Shown here in pieces: positions 1-9,658 of a DNA stretch of 64,000 bases; the first letter of the stretch is position 1; every line of letters begins with the position of its first letter. Below the pieces are notes generated by a model. It was given only the letters and a program-made list of their open reading frames with translations, searched no databases and was not told where the DNA came from. Location of the stretch: contig CASDRK010000011.1 of the NCBI GenBank assembly GCA_949283125.1, forward strand, positions 23,363 through 87,362. Reading direction: 5' to 3'. The position numbers and the translations under genes are program-made. The stretch is from an uncultured Clostridia bacterium. Lineage in GTDB: Bacteria; Bacillota; Clostridia; Christensenellales; Borkfalkiaceae.

Positions 1-117
1 GTAGGAAAGAATACTGCAGCAATAAAAGAATACATAGCAAACCAACTAACGCACGACAAAGAAAGCGACCAGTTAAGCGTGTTTGACCCGAACGACCCTT
101 TCAAGGGAAGCAAGTAA
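1..117 (+). CDS. tnpA: IS200/IS605-family Y1 transposase (TnpA), C-terminal fragment truncated by the window edge
   Basis: Frame 1 reads VGKNTAAIKEYIANQLTHDKESDQLSVFDPNDPFKGSK*. From memory this matches the conserved IS200 TnpA C-terminus (VGKNTAKIQDYIKHQLEEDK..QLS...PF.G). It is AT-richer than neighbouring host DNA. Confidence 0.65.
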   Translation, partial: VGKNTAAIKEYIANQLTHDKESDQLSVFDPNDPFKGSK

Positions 118-199
118 TCAATGCATGGCTGGCAGGCCAATTCTCCGGCGCACTTGTGCGCAGCCAGTAGCGATTAGGGCTGTGCCCGAAAATGAAATA

Positions 200-218
200 C
201 CACCCGCTATGCGGGTGG
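200..218. terminator. Hairpin CCACCCGC-tat-GCGGGTGG with T-rich flanks on both strands; likely terminator for spoIIE
   Basis: Perfect 8-bp stem directly after the spoIIE stop (230-232). It is followed by TATTTCATTTT on the minus strand and ATATTTATTT on the plus strand. Confidence 0.5.
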
Positions 219-229
219 ATATTTATTTG

Positions 230-2509
230 TCATTCTGGTGTAAATATGCGCGCGCACAGCACCGTCATGTCGTCGGGACACTTGTCCCCGGCGGCCTTTT
301 TTGCGCGCGCCAGTATGTTGTCGGCAAGGTTCTGCGGATTGAGCGGCTTGAGTTCTTCCAGAAAGGCGTACATGTCGGTGGCGGAAGGGAAGGCCGAAGC
401 AATGCCGTCGCTCATGAAAACCACGATGTCGCCGTCCTCCAGCCGCTCCTCGCACACCGACGGGCGTATGCTTTCGAGTATGCCCAGCGGCAGCGAGTTG
501 CTCTCCATCACCTTTATCCCGTCCCTCTTTATTATGATGCCCGCGGGCGAACCTATCTTTATGAAGCTCGCGCGCAGAGTGTCCAGATCCACCGCCGCTA
601 TGTCCATGCAGGTAAATGTTTCGTCGCGGCTGTAGCTCATCAGTTTGTTTATCGTCTCCAGCACGACGGAGGAGGGCATCTCCGCCCTGAAAAACGCCTC
701 CACGAGCGATATGGTGGTGGAGGAAACGCTCCGCGCCCGCGGCCCGCTGCCCATGCCGTCGCACAGCGCCATCAGAAAGCAGTGCTCGTTTATCTTTATC
801 ACGGAGTGGGTGTCGCCCGAGGCCTGTTCGCCGTCCTTCACGGCAAAGGCCGCGCCGAACGCCGCGTCGTGATCGGGCGGGCGCACGTACAGTCTGCACG
901 TCCTCTGTCCGTCCGGCGAAAATTTGTCCTTCAGCACCAGCCGCTTGCCCAGCGCGGAGCACAGCGCCGCCTTCAGCCTGTCGGGCGCGGCCGCGCTGTC
1001 GGCCGTCACGTAAACCTCGTCGCCGTCGTCGCCCGATATCTTCACCTCGCTGCAGCAGATTCCCGCGTCCGCCAGCGCGCGCGTCGCCAGCTTTTCCCGT
1101 TCGGCGTGTCCGGCGCTCCCGCGCGCTATGTCCACGGCGGCGCTCTTAAGCACCTCGGCGATGCCCCGCGCCTGATTGGCAAGCAGCAACCTGCCGTTGC
1201 GCGCGTTTTCGGCTTCGGCAGAACGTCGCTTCAGCCTGCCCAGCGCGGCGTTGGCTTCGGCCATCACGTCGGCCGGGCGCGCGCAGTTCACCGTTATCTC
1301 CGCCGGCAGGTCCACAAGGCTCACCCTGCCCTTTATGCGGCCGCTGTGCATCAGTCTGGCAAACCCGTCGTACACGTTGCTCTTCGCGCATTTGTCTCTG
1401 CGCTCGCAGCCGCGGCACAGCGCCGCCCGCATCTCGCCCAGCGCGCGGCCGAGCATTGCGTCGTCGCCCGGGGCTTCGTCCAGACTGTCGAACGCGTTCT
1501 CTATTTCGCGGAACACCTGCGCGGTGGCAAACAGTCTGTCGCTCGTCCGCGCGCGCAGCCTGTCCTCGTACATGGCGGGCGCGGCCGGTTCAAGGCGCAG
1601 CGCGCCCAAAAGAGTGCGCATAAACTTTTCCGAAGGCGCCGCCGGCAGTACGCAGCACGCGGCAAGCAGGGCTCCGTTTATCGCCGCCGCTGCCGCCCCG
1701 CCAGAAAACGCGCCGTCAAAGTAAAAGTACAGCGCTCCGCCCGCCAGCGCGGCCGCGCTCGGCGCGTATCTGCCCGCGCCGCAAAACAGCAGGCACGCGC
1801 AGGCCAACAGGCAGAACACCGCCACATATGCCGCCGAGAACGTGGTGCACAGCAGCGGCAGGCCGAGCACGCACGCGACGGCAACGGCCGTCGGGTCGCG
1901 GTACAGCCGCACGGCAGACACCGTCAGTGCGATGCCCGCTGCAAGGCAGGCGTAAAGTCCGCACAGGTTGTAAAATCCTATGCCCGTGACGGTGAACGCG
2001 AGCGCGATGCAGATCAGTTCCTCGCTCCTCAGGCGGCATCTGCACAGTCTGTAAAACAGCGCGTAGACGGCCTTCAGGCAGAACAGCGAAAATATTATCG
2101 CCGCCGCCGCGGCGACGGCCTTTATCACGTATTGATTGTCGGTAAAGTAAATATCGTCCAGCCCGTTCCACGGCGAAAACGCCACAAACGGCGCCAGCGC
2201 CACGGCCATGTACGCTATGTATTCATACTTTATCCGCCTGTGCGCCCGCCGGTAGATCGCCGTCACCGCGCACAGGAACGCGCCCTCGAACAGGGCGAGC
2301 AGCATTATTTTCCAGTCGAGCGAAGGTATGTGCGAGAGCACATATATTGCGGGCGCGGCAAACAGATTGGCGCCGCACGCAAGCATGGCGAAGCACAGCC
2401 CCGCCGAAAGGGGCGCGCCGCCCGCCGAATAATTTATGCACACCGTGCACGCCGCGTACAGCGCGTACACCATAACGCTCTTCAGCTGAATTTTTATCCG
2501 CATGCCCAC
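230..2509 (-). CDS. spoIIE: Stage II sporulation protein E (multi-TM N-terminus plus PP2C-type phosphatase)
   Basis: 759 aa. About 300 aa of hydrophobic helices are followed by a C-terminal PP2C-like region (..LCDGMGSGPRARSVSS.., ..VVFMSDGI..), the SpoIIE architecture. Confidence 0.85.
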   Translation of the reverse strand: MGMRIKIQLKSVMVYALYAACTVCINYSAGGAPLSAGLCFAMLACGANLFAAPAIYVLSHIPSLDWKIMLLALFEGAFLCAVTAIYRRAHRRIKYEYIAYMAVALAPFVAFSPWNGLDDIYFTDNQYVIKAVAAAAAIIFSLFCLKAVYALFYRLCRCRLRSEELICIALAFTVTGIGFYNLCGLYACLAAGIALTVSAVRLYRDPTAVAVACVLGLPLLCTTFSAAYVAVFCLLACACLLFCGAGRYAPSAAALAGGALYFYFDGAFSGGAAAAAINGALLAACCVLPAAPSEKFMRTLLGALRLEPAAPAMYEDRLRARTSDRLFATAQVFREIENAFDSLDEAPGDDAMLGRALGEMRAALCRGCERRDKCAKSNVYDGFARLMHSGRIKGRVSLVDLPAEITVNCARPADVMAEANAALGRLKRRSAEAENARNGRLLLANQARGIAEVLKSAAVDIARGSAGHAEREKLATRALADAGICCSEVKISGDDGDEVYVTADSAAAPDRLKAALCSALGKRLVLKDKFSPDGQRTCRLYVRPPDHDAAFGAAFAVKDGEQASGDTHSVIKINEHCFLMALCDGMGSGPRARSVSSTTISLVEAFFRAEMPSSVVLETINKLMSYSRDETFTCMDIAAVDLDTLRASFIKIGSPAGIIIKRDGIKVMESNSLPLGILESIRPSVCEERLEDGDIVVFMSDGIASAFPSATDMYAFLEELKPLNPQNLADNILARAKKAAGDKCPDDMTVLCARIFTPE

Positions 2510-2806
2510 ATTTTAGCGCGTGCATACTGCCGAATGCGCGCTTGTTTTGTCGCAAAATGGACAAAAGCCGCGCAAATCGGCCCGCGCGTTACGCCCGTCG
2601 CGCGCAAAGACAAATCGCGCGCAAAAAAGCTGGTCGGACCGTGGCGCGCAAAGCGTATCGCGCATGCAAATTGCAAGCAAAAAACATGCGGCCGCGGACA
2701 GCAGAAACTGTCCGCGGCCGCATGTCGCGCGCGTGAATTATAATATCGCGAGAAAAATTCAAATGTGCGCCCGGCCGTTGCCCGCAGTTTGTCCGGCGCA
2801 GCCATT

Positions 2807-4681
2807 TCAGGCGCGGTCGGGGCGGTTGAGGGCCATATATATCATGAGCACGGCTACGTCGGCGGGGTTCACGCCGGGTATTCTGCCGGCCTGCCCCAGC
2901 GAGCGGGGCTTCACCTTTTCCAGTTTTTCCCTCGCTTCCAGCCGCAGCCCCTCTATGGCGGAGTAGTCGATGTCTTCGGGCAGCAGCCTGTCTTCAAGCT
3001 TCTTTGCCTTTTCTATCTGTTCGCGGCCCTTTTTCAGATACCCGGAATACTTTATTTCTATCTCCGCGCTCTCCTTCACGGAGCTGTCCGCCCATTGCAG
3101 CACGTGCGTTGCCGCACATATGCGCGAAAGGTCTGCGCCGCGCTTTATCAGGTCTTCGGGCGAAAGCGGCCTGCCTGCCGGAGCAATGCCGCTGCCGCGC
3201 AGCAGGTCGTCGGCTACGTCGGCGGGCAGGGGGGAGCGCAGCTCCTCAAGCGCTCTTTCAAAGTCCGCCTTGCGCTGAAGATAGCGCGCGTACCGCTCCT
3301 TTGTAACGAGTCCGCAGGCGTGGCCCTTTTCCGTCAGGCGGAAGTCGGCGTTGTCCTGCCGCAGTTCGATGCGGTGCTCCGCCCGGCTGGTCATCATGCG
3401 GTAGGGCTCGTCCGTGCCCTTGGTCACAAGGTCGTCTATCAGCACGCCGATATACGCTTCGTCGCGCCCCAGCACCAGCGGCTCCATTCCGCGCAGCTTC
3501 AGCGAAGCGTTCAGCCCCGCCATCAGCCCCTGCGCGGCCGCCTCCTCGTAGCCCGAAGTTCCGTTTATCTGCCCGGCGGTGTACAGCCCGCGCACCTTTT
3601 TGAACTCCAGCGTGGGGTAAACGTCCAGCGTGTCTATGCAGTCGTACTCTATCGCATAGGCGTAGCGCATGATGTCGCAGTGCTCCAGCCCGGCCACCGA
3701 GCGGTACATTTCGCGCTGAACGTCGTGGGGGAGGGAGGAGGACATGCCCTGAATGTACGCTTCCAGCGTGTCCGCGCCCTCCGGCTCTATGAATATCTGG
3801 TGTCTCTCCTTGTCGGCGAAGCGCACCACTTTTGTCTCTATCGAAGGGCAGTATCTCGGTCCCGTGCCGCTTATCGCGCCGTTATACAGCGGCGAGCGGT
3901 CAAGATTGTCTAAAATTACTCTGTGCGTCGCCGCGTTGGTGTAGGTCAGGTAGCAGTCGGTCTGCCCGGCGGGCACGGCGCTGTGCATGAACGAAAATGG
4001 ATACACGTCCGTCTGTCCCGCCTGCACGGTGCATTTTTCAAGGTCTATGGTGCGGAAATCCACGCGCGCGGGCGTGCCCGTCTTGAAGCGCCGCACGTTA
4101 AAGCCCAGCCCGACGAGGTCTGCCGTCAGCTCGGTGGCGGGCGCAAAGCCGTTGGGGCCGCTGTCCTTTATCACGTCGCCCGTAATGGTCTGCGCGTTCA
4201 GGTAAACGCCGGTGGCGAGTATGGCCGCGCGGCAGCGGAATATGCCGCCGTACGTCGTTTCAACCCCGCGCACGGCGCCGTCCTCCACCAGTATGCGCGC
4301 CGCTTCGCCCTGCACTATGCGCAGGTTATCGGTATGCTCCAGCACGTATTTCATGCGGCGGTGGTAGGCGTTTTTGTCGCTCTGGCATCTGAGCGACTGC
4401 ACGGCCGCGCCCTTGCCTACGTTCAGCATCTTGAACTGCATGGCCGTCTCGTCGGCGTTTATGCCCATCTCGCCGCCCAGCGCGTCTATTTCGCGCACGA
4501 GGTGCCCCTTGGCCGTTCCGCCTATGGACGGATTGCACGCCATAAATGCTATGCTGTCGAGGTTGAGCGTAAGCATGGCGGTCTTCATTCCCGTGCGCGC
4601 CGCGGCCAGCGCGGCTTCGCAGCCGGCGTGCCCCGCGCCTATCACCACTATATCGAATTGTCCTTCGGTGAATGTGTTCAT
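2807..4681 (-). CDS. mnmG: tRNA uridine 5-carboxymethylaminomethyl modification enzyme MnmG (GidA)
   Basis: 624 aa. N-terminal FAD fold DIVVIGAGHAGCEAALAAAR and ..CNPSIGG.AKGHLVREIDALGG.. are typical of MnmG. Confidence 0.95.
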   Translation of the reverse strand: MNTFTEGQFDIVVIGAGHAGCEAALAAARTGMKTAMLTLNLDSIAFMACNPSIGGTAKGHLVREIDALGGEMGINADETAMQFKMLNVGKGAAVQSLRCQSDKNAYHRRMKYVLEHTDNLRIVQGEAARILVEDGAVRGVETTYGGIFRCRAAILATGVYLNAQTITGDVIKDSGPNGFAPATELTADLVGLGFNVRRFKTGTPARVDFRTIDLEKCTVQAGQTDVYPFSFMHSAVPAGQTDCYLTYTNAATHRVILDNLDRSPLYNGAISGTGPRYCPSIETKVVRFADKERHQIFIEPEGADTLEAYIQGMSSSLPHDVQREMYRSVAGLEHCDIMRYAYAIEYDCIDTLDVYPTLEFKKVRGLYTAGQINGTSGYEEAAAQGLMAGLNASLKLRGMEPLVLGRDEAYIGVLIDDLVTKGTDEPYRMMTSRAEHRIELRQDNADFRLTEKGHACGLVTKERYARYLQRKADFERALEELRSPLPADVADDLLRGSGIAPAGRPLSPEDLIKRGADLSRICAATHVLQWADSSVKESAEIEIKYSGYLKKGREQIEKAKKLEDRLLPEDIDYSAIEGLRLEAREKLEKVKPRSLGQAGRIPGVNPADVAVLMIYMALNRPDRA

Positions 4682-4817
4682 GGCTTTATAAATGCGACCC
4701 TGAGAGGGTCGCGTAAATCAGTCGCGCGATATGTCCGCCGCCTCGCGCCGCGCATGGCGCGCTCCGCGCGGAGCCGGGTCGCCCCTGCCCCCGCCGGTCG
4801 GGGGCAGGGGCCGACGG

Positions 4818-6167
4818 TCACTTTTTGAGCACGATATTCTTTATGTCGTCTATGTCCTTGGCTATGCGGTCGTTCACCGCCTTCATCTCCTCCACCTTGT
4901 TGCGCGAATAGAGTATGGTGGTGTGGTTGCGGTTGCCCAGCGCCTTGCCTATGGCCATCAGGGGCAGGGAGAGCAGTTCGCACATCAGATAGCAGCATAT
5001 CTGTCTGGGCTGCACAAGCTCCTTCTTTTTGCACTTGCCCGTAAGATCCGCCGCGGACACGTTGTAGTACGAGCATACGGCGTTTATTATCGAATCGGGC
5101 GTTATCTCCTCGCGGCCGTCCTCCGAGACGGCCTCGTTCAGCGCGCTCGAAGCCAGCGACACGGTGATGGGCACTTCGTGCAGCTTGCTGGCAAATATAA
5201 CTTTGGTCAGCCGCCCCTCCAGAGTCCTCACGTCGTCGCCCGAATCCTGCGCGAGGAAGGTGAGCACTTCGTCGGGCACTATGCAACGCTTTTCAAAGGC
5301 TTTGCGCTTCAATATGGCTATCTTGGTTTCAAAGTTGGGGGGGAGTATGTCGAAAACCAGTCCGCCGGAAAAGCGCGTTTTCAGTCTCTCCTCCAGCGCG
5401 GTCAGCTCCTTGGGCGGCTGATCGGAAGAAATTACTATCTGCTTGCCCTTGGAAACCAGCTCGTTGAATGTGTGGAAGAACTCCTCCTGCACGGACTTTT
5501 TGTTGGCGATGAACTGTATGTCGTCCACTATCAGCACGTCGGTAGAGCGGTAGTGCTGTCTCAGCTTGTTCCCGCGCTCGCGCGCCTCGGGCCCGCGGCT
5601 GGTGAACATCGTGTCGATTATTTCGTTTACAAACTGTTCGCTCGTGACGTATATGACCTTCAGGTTGGGCTTTTCGGCCACTATCTTGTTTGCTATGGCC
5701 TGCATCAGGTGGGTCTTGCCCAAACCCGTTCCGCCGTATATGAACAGCGGATTGTACGTGCCTGCGGGGTCTTCGGCCACGTTGAGCGCGGCGGCGTAAA
5801 CAAATTCGTTGTTCTTTCCCACGACGAAGGAATCGAACGTGTATTTTTTGTCGAGGTTGGCGGGGGGAGCGAAGCTCTCGTCGGCGGGGGGATTGTAGGC
5901 ATAGTCGCCGCTGCCCGCAACCACCAGTCTGAAGTCCGAAACGCCCACGTCGGCCTTTATTATCGCCTCGCGCATCTTTTCCGCAAGGGTGCCGGTTATG
6001 TACTCGGCAAAAATTTCGTTGGGGGTCTCCAGCACGATGAACCGCCCGTCGATGTCCACGGGCTTAAGCTTGTCGATGTAGGTTATGAACAGAAGGTGGC
6101 TTATCGTCTCCCTCATTCTCTCCTTTATGGGCTCGTAAATAAAATCAAAGTTCGCGCTTTCGGCCAT
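4818..6167 (-). CDS. dnaA: Chromosomal replication initiator DnaA
   Basis: 449 aa. AAA+ Walker A GGTGLGKTHLMQAI, Walker B LIVDDIQF, and a C-terminal DNA-binding region (..RNHTTILYS..). Confidence 0.95.
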   Translation of the reverse strand: MAESANFDFIYEPIKERMRETISHLLFITYIDKLKPVDIDGRFIVLETPNEIFAEYITGTLAEKMREAIIKADVGVSDFRLVVAGSGDYAYNPPADESFAPPANLDKKYTFDSFVVGKNNEFVYAAALNVAEDPAGTYNPLFIYGGTGLGKTHLMQAIANKIVAEKPNLKVIYVTSEQFVNEIIDTMFTSRGPEARERGNKLRQHYRSTDVLIVDDIQFIANKKSVQEEFFHTFNELVSKGKQIVISSDQPPKELTALEERLKTRFSGGLVFDILPPNFETKIAILKRKAFEKRCIVPDEVLTFLAQDSGDDVRTLEGRLTKVIFASKLHEVPITVSLASSALNEAVSEDGREEITPDSIINAVCSYYNVSAADLTGKCKKKELVQPRQICCYLMCELLSLPLMAIGKALGNRNHTTILYSRNKVEEMKAVNDRIAKDIDDIKNIVLKK

Positions 6168-6184
6168 AATTGCAATAAATCCCT

Positions 6185-6213
6185 TTGTGTTTTTACAAAA
6201 TTTGTGGTAAAAT
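6185..6213 (+). promoter_or_regulatory. Candidate sigma-A promoter for recF (TTGTGT - 17 nt - TAAAAT with upstream TG)
   Basis: -35 at 6185-6190 and -10 at 6208-6213, with TG at 6205-6206. It lies in the AT-rich 110-bp dnaA/recF spacer. Confidence 0.35.
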
Positions 6214-6277
6214 ATTTGGCGTAAGTTTTAATCATTATATTACAAGTCGGCTTTAAAGTACAGTATTTTGGCGGAAA

Positions 6278-7363
6278 ATGCGCATAAAAAATTTGTTGTT
6301 AAAAAATTTCAGAAATTACGCCGGCGAGTCGTTTGACTTTTCCGAAGGCCTTAACATCCTCACCGGCCGCAACGCGCAGGGCAAAACCAACTGCGCCGAA
6401 GCCGTGTTCTACCTGTGCACCGGCACGTCCCCGCGCGCCCGCAGGGACAAGCAGCTCATACGCTACGGGTGCGACTGCGCCGAGATATCCGCCGATTGCG
6501 AAGGCCGCTTGGGCGGCGTGTCCCTGTCCGCGGTCATACGCGAAAACGGCCGCGAAATACGCGTAAACGGCAACAAGATAGCGCGCAACGCCGAACTTTT
6601 GGGCAATCTCTACGCCGTGTTCTTTTCCCCGCACGAGCTGCGGCTCATTCAGGACGGCCCGGACGAGCGGCGGCGGTTCATGAACATTTCGCTCTCGCAG
6701 CTGTCGCGGCCATATTACACGGCGCTCGCTCGCTACAACCGCATACTCGAACAGCGCAACAATCTTCTCAAAAACAGAGACCTGTCCGTGGTTTACGACA
6801 CCCTGCCCATCTGGGACGAACAGCTTTGCGCCAGCGCGGCCGTCGTGGCGCGCCGCCGCGCGGATTACATCGCGCAGCTGGCTCCTCTCGCCGCACGCGC
6901 GCACGAATATCTTACGGACGGCCGCGAGAGACTGTCGCTTTCGCCCGACAAAAAGTACAAGGGCACGGAGGAGGAGCTCCGAGCCCGTCTGTATGACGAG
7001 CTTGCCTGCAACTACGACCGCGACATCAGGCTGGGCTACACCGCGTCCGGGCCCCACCGCGACGACATAGACATAGAGATAGACGGCGAAGACGCAAAGA
7101 CGTACGCGTCGCAGGGGCAGACGAGAACGGCCGCGCTGGCCATCAAACTCGCCGAGGTGGAGATATTCAGGGAGGCGAGCGGCGAATACCCCGTGCTCAT
7201 ACTGGACGACGTGCTGTCCGAGCTCGACCTTTCGCGCCGCAAAAAGCTCGTCGCCCGCACCGAAGGACTGCAGACCATACTCACCTGCACGCATGCCGAA
7301 AGGGTGCTTGCCGGACGGCAGACTTCGAGGATAAGAATAGAGGGGGGAGCCATAAAGCGATGA
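6278..7363 (+). CDS. recF: DNA replication and repair protein RecF
   Basis: 361 aa. N-terminal LKNFRNY...LNILTGRNAQGKTN (Walker A) and C-terminal ..VLILDDVLSELD.. (Walker B / D-loop). Confidence 0.9.
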   Translation: MRIKNLLLKNFRNYAGESFDFSEGLNILTGRNAQGKTNCAEAVFYLCTGTSPRARRDKQLIRYGCDCAEISADCEGRLGGVSLSAVIRENGREIRVNGNKIARNAELLGNLYAVFFSPHELRLIQDGPDERRRFMNISLSQLSRPYYTALARYNRILEQRNNLLKNRDLSVVYDTLPIWDEQLCASAAVVARRRADYIAQLAPLAARAHEYLTDGRERLSLSPDKKYKGTEEELRARLYDELACNYDRDIRLGYTASGPHRDDIDIEIDGEDAKTYASQGQTRTAALAIKLAEVEIFREASGEYPVLILDDVLSELDLSRRKKLVARTEGLQTILTCTHAERVLAGRQTSRIRIEGGAIKR

Positions 7364-8190
7364 TGCGTGCCGACATGCACATCCACACATATTATTCTGA
7401 CGGCACCCAGTCGCCCGCCGACGCGGTGGCCGCGGCGGTGCGCGCCGGGGTCGGGCTCATCTGCGTCACCGATCACGACACCATGGCCGGCTCCGGGGAG
7501 ACGGCCGCCCTCGCCCGCGCCGCAGGCATACGCGCCGCGGACGGGATAGAAATTTCCGCCTACGGCGAGGTGAAAGTGCACGTGCTCGGCTACGGTCTGG
7601 ACAGGGACTGCCCGCAATTCAGAAGTTACCGCGACGAAGCGGTGCAGGGCTCGTACGACCGATGCGAGGACACTCTTAAAAAATTGTCCTCGCGGGGCAT
7701 AGACGTGCCCGTGTCGGCCGTTCTCGCCGAGCGCGCCGTGCCGGACACGCCCGTGCACTCCATGTTCATCTGCCGCGCCGCGGCAAAGCTTGGCTATGCG
7801 CGCAGCGCCGGGGCGTTCTATCTTGCGTGCATAGCCGACGGCAAGTTCGCGCACTCGCGCGTGGGCAGGCTCTCGCCCGAGCGCGCGGTGGAGGTGATAA
7901 CTGCCTGCGGCGGCTGGGCGTCGCTCGCACACCCCGGGCGCATCGCTCTCGACGCCGCGCAAAAGGAGGAGCTCGTCGCGCGGCTGGTCTCCCGCGGGCT
8001 GCGCGGCATAGAGGCCGTGTATTCCGCGCATACTGAAGGCGAGACGTTATACTACAAGGAGATGGCGCGCAGATATGGTCTGCTGATCACGGGCGGGTCG
8101 GACACGCACTCCGCGGACGCGCCGCGCAGTGTGGGCACGCCCGAATTTTATCCGGACGAAGAACTTCTCCGCGCATTGCAAACAGATTGA
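7360..8190 (+). CDS. PHP-domain metal-dependent phosphoesterase
   Basis: 276 aa. Starts ADMHIHTYYSDG and contains ..ICVTDHDT.. and ..SLAHPGR.. and ..TGGSDTHS.., the PHP His/Asp motifs. Its start overlaps the recF stop (ATGA). Confidence 0.8.
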   Translation: MMRADMHIHTYYSDGTQSPADAVAAAVRAGVGLICVTDHDTMAGSGETAALARAAGIRAADGIEISAYGEVKVHVLGYGLDRDCPQFRSYRDEAVQGSYDRCEDTLKKLSSRGIDVPVSAVLAERAVPDTPVHSMFICRAAAKLGYARSAGAFYLACIADGKFAHSRVGRLSPERAVEVITACGGWASLAHPGRIALDAAQKEELVARLVSRGLRGIEAVYSAHTEGETLYYKEMARRYGLLITGGSDTHSADAPRSVGTPEFYPDEELLRALQTD

Positions 8191-9497
8191 AAAGAAGCAT
8201 CAAAGCGCTTGCGGTACTCGTGCTCGCCGTGGGCGCTTTTTTCATATCGGGAGCATGGCTTTCGGGACTGCCGCGCGGCACTACGGTGGCCGGCGCGGAC
8301 GTGGGCGGAATGTCGCGCGCGGCGGCCGTCGCCGCCGCGCGCGTGCGCATACGCGAGAGACTTAAGGACAAAGAGCTGGTGATATGCGCCGGCGAACACA
8401 CCTATCGCTTCACGTATCCCGAATTTGATTTCACTGACGACCTGCCCGAGCTCGTCGCCTCCATACGCAGGCGCGGGGCATACTCTCCGCGCGTCTGCGT
8501 CAGGCTGAACGGCGCGCGGCGCATTGCCGAAAACATCTGCTCGCGGCTCGACCGCGCGTTGCGCGAACCCTGCGCCCGCTTTTTTAGGCAGGGTCTGCCG
8601 TTTGCGTACGACGAGGGCTGCGACGGGGCGCAAGGCGACCGCGCCGCGCTGCTGGCCGATATCCGCCGCTCGCTCAACGGCGACTTTAGCGCGGTGAAAG
8701 TCCGCGTCCGTCCGCTCGCGCGGAAAAAGTCGATCGGCGACGTAAAACGTGAAACGTCGCTGCTGTGTTCGTTCACCACCTATTTCGATGCGGACAACGC
8801 TCCGCGCGCGGCAAACATAGCGCTGGCCGCGTCAAAGCTGAACGGCAGCGTGCTGGAGCCCGGGCAGACCTTTTCCTTCAACGGCGCGGTCGGGCCGCGC
8901 ACCGAGGAGCGCGGCTTCGTCTCCGCAAAGATAATTTCGGGAGGGCGATTTACGGACGGCGTGGGCGGAGGGGTCTGTCAGGTCTCTACCACGCTCTACA
9001 ACGCCGCCCTGCTGTCGGGGCTGAAGATAGAGGAGTATCACCCCCATTCGCTCAGGGTGGGGTATGTGGCGCCCTCGCGCGACGCGATGGTCAGCGGAAC
9101 GAGCTGCGATCTCAAGTTTGCAAATTGCGGCCGTCTGCCCGTATATATCCGCGCCGAAGTCTGCGGCGGGGCCGTCACGTGCCGCATTTACGGCCTGCCG
9201 GACGGGGTGGAGAGGTCGTTCTTATCGCGCGTTACAGGCTCGCTGCCCCGCCCCGCCGACGTGGTGGAGGAGGGCGAGGAAGCCCTGCTTTCGCCGGGGT
9301 GCGAGGGTACTGTCAGCGAGGGCTATTTAGTGGAGGTCAAAGGCGGGGTGCGGCGCGAAAGGCTGGTGCGCAGGGACAGGTATGCCGGCGTCCCCGCCGT
9401 GCGGCGCGCGCCGCGCGGCGGGGACGCGCCGGCGGAAGACGGACAGTCCGGGCAAAAATCCCCTGGCGCCGCCGCCAAAAGTCAAGTAATTTTATAG
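8187..9497 (+). CDS. VanW-family protein (N-terminal membrane anchor); 3' end remodelled by the element insertion
   Basis: 436 aa. VanW-like core ..FSFNGAVGPRTEERGF...GGGVCQVSTTLYNAALLSGL.IEEYHPHS... TTG start overlaps the upstream stop. The last 7 codons come from the inserted element. Confidence 0.85.
   Translation: MKRSIKALAVLVLAVGAFFISGAWLSGLPRGTTVAGADVGGMSRAAAVAAARVRIRERLKDKELVICAGEHTYRFTYPEFDFTDDLPELVASIRRRGAYSPRVCVRLNGARRIAENICSRLDRALREPCARFFRQGLPFAYDEGCDGAQGDRAALLADIRRSLNGDFSAVKVRVRPLARKKSIGDVKRETSLLCSFTTYFDADNAPRAANIALAASKLNGSVLEPGQTFSFNGAVGPRTEERGFVSAKIISGGRFTDGVGGGVCQVSTTLYNAALLSGLKIEEYHPHSLRVGYVAPSRDAMVSGTSCDLKFANCGRLPVYIRAEVCGGAVTCRIYGLPDGVERSFLSRVTGSLPRPADVVEEGEEALLSPGCEGTVSEGYLVEVKGGVRRERLVRRDRYAGVPAVRRAPRGGDAPAEDGQSGQKSPGAAAKSQVIL
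9460..9477. repeat. Left copy of the 18-bp direct repeat CCCCTGGCGCCGCCGCCA (attL-like)
   Basis: Identical 18-mer at 21770-21787. It sits exactly at the GC-content break. Confidence 0.8.
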
Positions 9498-9578
9498 AAT
9501 TTTTTTAGAAATTCAAAAAAAATTTTTAGCTTGCGTTATAATCGGTATTGTATAAGTCTTTCGGGAAAGACTTATTAA

Positions 9579-9617
9579 CAAAAACGGGTACGACCTTACA
9601 GGGCATACCCGTTTTTA
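9579..9617. terminator. Bidirectional rho-independent terminator (AAAAACGGGTA...TACCCGTTTTT)
   Basis: 7-bp stem ACGGGTA/TACCCGT with an A-run upstream and a T-run downstream. It lies between vanW and the transposase gene. Confidence 0.55.
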
Positions 9618-9626
9618 TTACACGAC

Positions 9627-9648
9627 AAAAAGCCGCGCTTTGGCGGCT
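9627..9648 (-). terminator. Rho-independent terminator downstream of the transposase gene
   Basis: The minus strand reads AGCCGC-caaagc-GCGGCT followed by TTTTTG. Confidence 0.55.
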
Positions 9649-9658
9649 GTAAACATTT

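Noticed and set aside
83-2743. 886-aa plus-strand ORF overlapping spoIIE (similar long antisense ORFs at 4731-6224, 6299-7390, 2765-3913, 7036-8031)
   Set aside because: Arg/Ala/Gly/His-rich, low-complexity translations typical of shadow frames in GC-rich DNA. Each is fully overlapped by an opposite-strand gene with clear family motifs (SpoIIE, DnaA, RecF, MnmG, PHP).
6168-6277. Search for DnaA boxes in the dnaA-recF spacer
   Set aside because: No 9-mer within one mismatch of TTATCCACA/TGTGGATAA was seen (best is TGTGGTAAA, with two mismatches), so I do not annotate an oriC or DnaA-box feature here.
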